NCBI GenBank assembly: GCA_963754925.1
Contig: CAVWHX010000004.1
Coordinates: 1,024,001 to 1,088,000 of the forward strand
Reading direction: 5' to 3'
DNA length: 64,000 nucleotides
Source of the DNA: an uncultured delta proteobacterium
GTDB taxonomy: Bacteria > Myxococcota > B64-G9
The notes beneath the pieces were generated by a model. The model saw only the letters and a list, made by a program, of their open reading frames with translations, searched no databases and had not been told where the DNA came from. Positions 58,590 to 64,000 of this stretch are shown in pieces (within the stretch, counting starts at the first letter, position 1; each line of letters begins with the position of its first letter). Made by a program: the position numbers and the translations under genes.

Positions 58590-59780
58590 TTACTTCCTCA
58601 ACTGTTGAGCCACGGCCGCGCCCAGCTTCCTGGCGTTTTCGAGATCCGTGTCGGTTGGGCTAAAGCGCGCCTCAATCACGGGCTCGATCAGCTCCCATCC
58701 CATGCGGCCTACGAATTCTTTCATCGTGCTCACGCCGCCGCCGCTCCAGCCGTAGGTGCCGAAAATCCCGACCCGGCGGTTTTTGAGCTGTTTGCGTTCG
58801 AAGCGGTCGAGGAGATCTCCCATGGGCGGAAAGAGCTTGGTGTCGTAGGTCGGCGCACCCAGGAGTATCGTCTGATAGCGCCACGCGTCGCGGAGCATGT
58901 ACGATAGATGGGTGCGCGAAGCATCATGAATAACGATGCGCTTCTCGCCCGTGGATTTGACGCCCTCGACGACCGCCTCCATCAACCGCAAGCCGTTGCC
59001 GTACATCGAACCATAGGCGACCATCACCCCCGGTTCGCCGACGTACCGACTCCAGCGATCGTAACGTGAAATTACCTCGGGTACCTGCGTACGCCAGACC
59101 GGCCCGTGCGCCGGAGCGATCATGCTGATATCGAGCGATTTCAGTTTGGACAGAGCTTTCTGCACCATGACACAATATTTTGCAACAATATTGGCGAAGT
59201 AACGCAACATCTCACTCTCAAAACGGGCGTGATCGAGCTGATCGTCAAAAATCCCGCCGTCATGGGTTCCGAAGGCGCCAAAGGCGTCGGTCGAGAAGAG
59301 GATCTTTTCGCGTTCGTCATAGGCCACCATGGTTTCGGGCCAATGAACCATGGGGATGAGATGAAATTGCAGGGTCCGGCTTCCCAGCGAAATCCGTTCT
59401 CCGTCCTCGACCGTCTTCACCTTGGTTTGAACCTGGTAGAGGTGAACGAGGAACTCGGCCGTCTTGCGGTTGCCGATGATCTCCACCTGGGGATAGAGGG
59501 CGCGAAGGAGTTTGATGGTTCCGGAATGATCGGGCTCGAGGTGGTTGACGATGAGATAATCGAGCGGCCGGCCGGAAAGCAGGCTTCTCAGGCGCTCGAC
59601 AAAGGCAGTTGAAAAGCCGGCTTTGACCGTGTCGACCAAGGCGGTCTTTTCATCGCGGATGAGGTATGCATTATACGCAACCCCATAGGGCAGCGGCCAG
59701 ATGCCTTCGAAGAGGTCCGATTCGCGGTCGTTGACCCCGAGCCAAAAGATATTTTCACGCAACGGTACTATGGAGTCCAT
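58590..59780 (-). CDS. fprA: flavodiiron protein (FprA, class A)
   Basis: YNAYLI, NHLEPDHSG, HWPETM, DAFG, APAHG, flavodoxin domain YGSMYGN...YGWSGG. Confidence 0.93.
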   Translation of the reverse strand: MDSIVPLRENIFWLGVNDRESDLFEGIWPLPYGVAYNAYLIRDEKTALVDTVKAGFSTAFVERLRSLLSGRPLDYLIVNHLEPDHSGTIKLLRALYPQVEIIGNRKTAEFLVHLYQVQTKVKTVEDGERISLGSRTLQFHLIPMVHWPETMVAYDEREKILFSTDAFGAFGTHDGGIFDDQLDHARFESEMLRYFANIVAKYCVMVQKALSKLKSLDISMIAPAHGPVWRTQVPEVISRYDRWSRYVGEPGVMVAYGSMYGNGLRLMEAVVEGVKSTGEKRIVIHDASRTHLSYMLRDAWRYQTILLGAPTYDTKLFPPMGDLLDRFERKQLKNRRVGIFGTYGWSGGGVSTMKEFVGRMGWELIEPVIEARFSPTDTDLENARKLGAAVAQQLRK

Positions 59781-59902
59781 GGGGACCGTCCTTTCTCAAG
59801 GTGCCGGCCCCACGTTACAGAAACGCCGGGAAAGGATCAAGCGATCTCAATGGGGGGAGCCGCTGCCTCAATTTCGGTAAGTGCGGTCCCTAAATTCCTT
59901 TT

Positions 59903-62896
59903 CTAGGGGCAGTCGGTATCAGGGGGATTGGTGCATCCGCTCGGGCAACAACCATCGCCGGGCAGACATTCCGTGATCGTTACATTGCTGCAGCCGGAGC
60001 TTGGGTCGCAACTATCGGTTGTGCAAACGTTTCCATCGTCGCAATTCTGGACACTACCTGTGGTGCAGGTTCCAGCCTGGCAGGTCATAGGTGTCCATAA
60101 CAAAGCATTGCATGAAGACCCACAGTCGGTGCCGTCAGTTTGGGTCGGATTCGAGCATACGCCGGTGCTTGTGTCGCACGTTCCCGCTACGTGACACTGA
60201 TCCAGTGCCGTGCACACTACCGGGTTTGAGCCCGTGCAGATACCGGACTGACAGGTGTCGGTCTGGGTGCAGGCGTTACCGTCGTTGCAACTGGTGTTGT
60301 CAGGTTGGTTCGGGTTGGAGCATACGCCGGTGGATGGGTTGCACGTTCCCGCCGTGTGACATTGATCCGATGCCGTGCACACTACCGGGTTTGAGCCCGT
60401 ACAGATGCCGGACTGACAGGTGTCGGTCTGGGTGCAGGCGTTACCGTCGTTGCAACTGGTGCCGTTGGTCTGATTCGGATTCGAGCACACGCCGGTGGAT
60501 GGGTTGCACGTTCCCGCCGTGTGACATTGATCCGATGCCGTGCACACTACCGGGTTTGAGCCCGTACAGATGCCGGACTGACAGGTGTCGGTCTGGGTGC
60601 AGGCGTTACCGTCGTTGCAACTGGTGCCGTTGGTCTGATTCGGATTCGAGCACACGCCGGTGGATGGGTTGCACGTTCCCGCCGTGTGACATTGATCCGA
60701 TGCCGTGCACACTACCGGGTTTGAGCCCGTACAGATGCCGGACTGACAGGTGTCGGTCTGGGTGCAGGCGTTACCGTCGTTGCAAGCGGTGCCGTTGGTT
60801 TGATTCGGGTTCGAGCAAGTGCCGGTGGATGGGTTGCAGGTTCCCGCCACGTGACACTGATCCGATGCCGTGCACACTACCGGGTTTGAGCCCGTGCAGG
60901 TACCGGACTGACAGGTGTCGGTCTGGGTGCAGGCGTTACCGTCATTGCAAGCGGTGCCGTTGGTTTGATTCGGGTTCGAGCAAGTGCCGGTGGACGGGTT
61001 GCAGGTTCCTGCTGTGTGACATTGATCCGATGCCGTGCACACTACCGGGTTTGAGCCCGTGCAGGTACCGGACTGACAGGTGTCAGTCTGGGTACAGGCG
61101 TTACCGTCGTTGCAAGCGGTGCCGTTGGTTTTAGTAGGATTCGAGCACACGCCGGTGGATGGATTGCACGTTCCTGCCGTGTGACATTGATCCGATGCCG
61201 TGCACACTACCGGGTTTGAGCCCGTGCAGGTACCGGACTGACAGGTGTCGGTCTGGGTGCAGGCGTCACCGTCGTTGCAAGCGGTGCCGTTGGTCTGATT
61301 CGGGTTCGAGCACACGCCGGTGGATGGATTACACGTTCCTGCCGTGTGACACTGATCCGATGCCGTGCACACTACCGGGTTTGAGCCCGTGCAGGTACCG
61401 GACTGACAGGTGTCGGTCTGGGTGCAGGCATCGCCGTCGTTGCAAGCGGTGCCGTTGGTCTGATTCGGGTTCGAGCACACGCCGGTGGATGGGTTGCAGG
61501 TTCCTGCCGTGTGACATTGATCCGATGCCGTGCACACTACCGGGTTTGAGCCCGTGCAGATACCGGACTGGCAGGTGTCAGTTTGGGTGCAGGCATTGCC
61601 GTCGTTGCAAGCGGTGCCGTCGTTTACTGGTGGGTATACGCATTTAGCCGTGCAGGTGCCGGCGCCTTGAAGCGTCGCGGTATGGCAGGAGTCGGGAGGC
61701 GTGCAGCTCGTCGGGCATGCGCCTTGTTGACCCGTGGAGATTAAGGTGTCGCAGGTCTCAGTACCCGAAACACAACCGTCGCCGCAGACAGTACTACAAT
61801 CGTTGTCATCGCACGGGGTACAACCGCTTGGGCAACATCCGTCACCGTTGGCACAGGCCGTTATCAGCGTATTTACGCATTGAGTCGTGCAAGCGCTGCC
61901 CTGAAGCGCCGAAGTATGGCAGGAGTCGGGAGGCGTGCAGCTGGTCGGGCATGCACCCGGGTTTCCCGCTGTGATTTCAGTGTCGCAGGTTTCGCATGCT
62001 GATTCAACAGTACCGTCGCCGCATTCGTCGAGACAAACGCAATCGGAGTCGGTGTTTTTATTACATTCAGGAGTCGGACAGCAACCATCGCCGTTGACGC
62101 AGGTTGTGATAGGAGTGATCACGCACTGGGCTTGGCAGGCGGTGCCTTGGAGCGTTGAAGGGTGGCAGCCATCAACAGCTGTGCAACTGGTCGGGCAAGC
62201 GCCTGGCTGGCCCGCCGCAATCGCCGTGTCGCAATTCTCCGGGGGCACCACGATGCCATCGCCGCAAACGGCGCTCGCGGTGAAATCATTTCCGGTTGAA
62301 TCTGTATCGCCCAGGATGACGCTATGAACGGTCGGCGAGAATGAATAACCGTTTTTACTCGGCGTCACGGTGTAGGTGCCGCTTAACAGACCGCTAAAAC
62401 TATAGTTGCCGTTTGCATCCGTGGTTGTGTTGGCCGTCAATCCTCCGCTGAGGGCGATACTGACCAGTGCAGCCGTGTCGCCGCTTACGGTTCCGGAGAT
62501 GGTGTGTTGGACCACCTGCCACATAGTTATGGATACATTAACCGTTTTGCCTTTGAGAATGGTGACATTGTCTGTCTCACCTGTCCAGTGCACAACACTA
62601 TTAGAATCGGCGGCCTCTACTGAAAACGTCCTTCCGGTGCCGGCCGGTATGCCTTCTATCGTTCCTTGGAGGTTTTCATAGGGAAATTGAGCCTGAACGG
62701 ATTTCATTCCCGGCGCGCTCACGGTTACAAAGACTGTTTCAATGCCGCTCAACTCCCCCTGAAGGTCCCGGGCTTGCTGGGGGATGTTCCACTGTAGTTC
62801 CACCGCCGCGCTGCCGGTGTCAGTTTCCGAGCCGCATGAGGCCAAAAAGCCCACAGCCAACCAAGCTACCAGGATTGAGTGACAGAATGTTCGCAT
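59903..62896 (-). CDS. large cysteine-rich repeat surface lipoprotein
   Basis: GAGGAG RBS, lipobox FLASC, two beta-sandwich domains, three CGDG....E.CD modules and nine 55-aa repeats. Confidence 0.88.
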   Translation of the reverse strand: MRTFCHSILVAWLAVGFLASCGSETDTGSAAVELQWNIPQQARDLQGELSGIETVFVTVSAPGMKSVQAQFPYENLQGTIEGIPAGTGRTFSVEAADSNSVVHWTGETDNVTILKGKTVNVSITMWQVVQHTISGTVSGDTAALVSIALSGGLTANTTTDANGNYSFSGLLSGTYTVTPSKNGYSFSPTVHSVILGDTDSTGNDFTASAVCGDGIVVPPENCDTAIAAGQPGACPTSCTAVDGCHPSTLQGTACQAQCVITPITTCVNGDGCCPTPECNKNTDSDCVCLDECGDGTVESACETCDTEITAGNPGACPTSCTPPDSCHTSALQGSACTTQCVNTLITACANGDGCCPSGCTPCDDNDCSTVCGDGCVSGTETCDTLISTGQQGACPTSCTPPDSCHTATLQGAGTCTAKCVYPPVNDGTACNDGNACTQTDTCQSGICTGSNPVVCTASDQCHTAGTCNPSTGVCSNPNQTNGTACNDGDACTQTDTCQSGTCTGSNPVVCTASDQCHTAGTCNPSTGVCSNPNQTNGTACNDGDACTQTDTCQSGTCTGSNPVVCTASDQCHTAGTCNPSTGVCSNPTKTNGTACNDGNACTQTDTCQSGTCTGSNPVVCTASDQCHTAGTCNPSTGTCSNPNQTNGTACNDGNACTQTDTCQSGTCTGSNPVVCTASDQCHVAGTCNPSTGTCSNPNQTNGTACNDGNACTQTDTCQSGICTGSNPVVCTASDQCHTAGTCNPSTGVCSNPNQTNGTSCNDGNACTQTDTCQSGICTGSNPVVCTASDQCHTAGTCNPSTGVCSNPNQTNGTSCNDGNACTQTDTCQSGICTGSNPVVCTASDQCHTAGTCNPSTGVCSNPNQPDNTSCNDGNACTQTDTCQSGICTGSNPVVCTALDQCHVAGTCDTSTGVCSNPTQTDGTDCGSSCNALLWTPMTCQAGTCTTGSVQNCDDGNVCTTDSCDPSSGCSNVTITECLPGDGCCPSGCTNPPDTDCP
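60140..61620 (-). repeat. nine tandem 165-bp coding repeats
   Basis: Anchor GTCTGGGTGC (two copies with one substitution) recurs at 60261, 60426, 60591, 60756, 60921, 61086, 61251, 61416 and 61581. Confidence 0.95.
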
Positions 62897-63075
62897 AATA
62901 CGCTCCTCTTAATTCATCTTAAAATGAATAACTCTATTTTTCGTTTAGTTCACGACACATTTGGCAAATTTGTACTTGATCACAGGATCACCGCGCGCCA
63001 GCGTATCCCCTCGCCAGCCGACTTTCTGTGATACGTTACTGATTATCTTGTCCGAAGGTTATAAAGTCAAGTTGG

Positions 63076-63933
63076 CTACCCGGGAACATTCAAACAGATC
63101 GGACGCCCCGGGACGACACGGCCGTCGCGTTCCGCCAAAGCGCACGCCGCCATTTTCGGATCGTGCTCGAAGGCCAGAATCCAATTCTCCTCAAGCGCCT
63201 GGGCGAGCAGCAGCCTCTTCTCGTCCACCGTTTGCACCGGTCGGTGATCATAGGCTGCGAGGTACGGCAGGTGAATGTGGGCGGCGGTTGGAATGAGATC
63301 CGCACAGAAAACCAATGCCCCGCTCCCCTGGCCGATAATCACTATCTGGTGGCCGGGGGTGTGACCGGCGGTTGCCTGAACGCGCACACCGGGAGCGATC
63401 TCGCAATCGCCCGTCATCAATTGCAGCCGCAGGTAATCCTCAAAGCATGCCACATCGTCGGGGAGAAAACCGTCTTCATCGAAGATGCTTGGGTTGCGTG
63501 CCCAGTCGAGCGCCTCTTGCTGGACATGGACGGTTGCCCGCGGAAACGTCGGTAACAGGTGGCCCGCCGGATCGAGCTGAAACAACCCGCCGACATGATC
63601 AAAGTGCAAGTGGGTGGCTATCACGTCGGTAATGCTCTCAACGCTGACGTGGCAGCGCGCGAGCGCCTTCACCAACCCCACCGGAGGAGCCGTTTGTTGG
63701 TACAGCGCGCGCTGCGTGTCGGTCAGACGATCGCCAATCCCGCAGTCGATCAGTATGCGCCGCTCGTCGCCTAGCAGGAGCAACGAACGCGCCGCCAGGG
63801 TTATACGGTTGTATTCGTCGGGTTCTTGGTACGATGCCCATACCGTGCGCGGAGTAATCCCGAACATCGTACCGCCGTCAAGCGCGAATGTGCTCTCACA
63901 TACCGCCAGTACCTTCCATCCGCCAATCTTCAT
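63076..63933 (-). CDS. MBL-fold metallo-hydrolase (YtnP-like)
   Basis: FALDGGTMFG, THLHFDHVGG, GHTPGHQ, ADLIPT, FEHDP. Confidence 0.9.
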   Translation of the reverse strand: MKIGGWKVLAVCESTFALDGGTMFGITPRTVWASYQEPDEYNRITLAARSLLLLGDERRILIDCGIGDRLTDTQRALYQQTAPPVGLVKALARCHVSVESITDVIATHLHFDHVGGLFQLDPAGHLLPTFPRATVHVQQEALDWARNPSIFDEDGFLPDDVACFEDYLRLQLMTGDCEIAPGVRVQATAGHTPGHQIVIIGQGSGALVFCADLIPTAAHIHLPYLAAYDHRPVQTVDEKRLLLAQALEENWILAFEHDPKMAACALAERDGRVVPGRPICLNVPG

Positions 63934-64000
63934 CGTAGGGGCTACAACTTGCCTTTGAGCTCCTTGGCCGGGCGGAACCCAACGGTTTTGGATGCTTTGA

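Noticed and set aside
60091..61647. Long Cys/Arg-rich plus-strand ORFs and a possible CRISPR-like periodicity
   Set aside because: These are antisense shadows of the 165-bp coding repeat; the units are contiguous with no unique spacers, and there are no cas genes.

Overview
Mostly GC-rich chromosomal window whose gene content points to a deltaproteobacterial/Myxococcota-like organism (inference from giant TPR, Cys-rich lipoprotein, zinc-ribbon/TPR and DUF4388-J-domain proteins). Core genes: thrC, apgM-like, rpsB-tsf-pyrH-frr-uppS-dxr, secA, recN, galT, rpoZ, trmJ, rnpB, an RluA-family synthase, nadE and fprA. Most notable: (1) a stand-alone, intact, translationally coupled nuoJKLMN-like operon (41885-36304) whose subunits appear to have lost most of the charged residues needed for proton pumping; (2) a small accessory region between rpsB and secA (~19.7-23.84 kb) with an integrase stub, integron-type cassettes (phzF; Phd/PIN toxin-antitoxin with a well-formed attC) and a diverged duplicate of the last 22 codons plus stop of secA; (3) a long (~500 nt) RNase P RNA with a 146-bp inverted-repeat element upstream; (4) several families of intergenic hairpin repeats. 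Three genes are split by single-base indels in short homopolymers, probably sequencing errors. No tRNA, rRNA or CRISPR array was seen. All family calls are by eye, without database searches.
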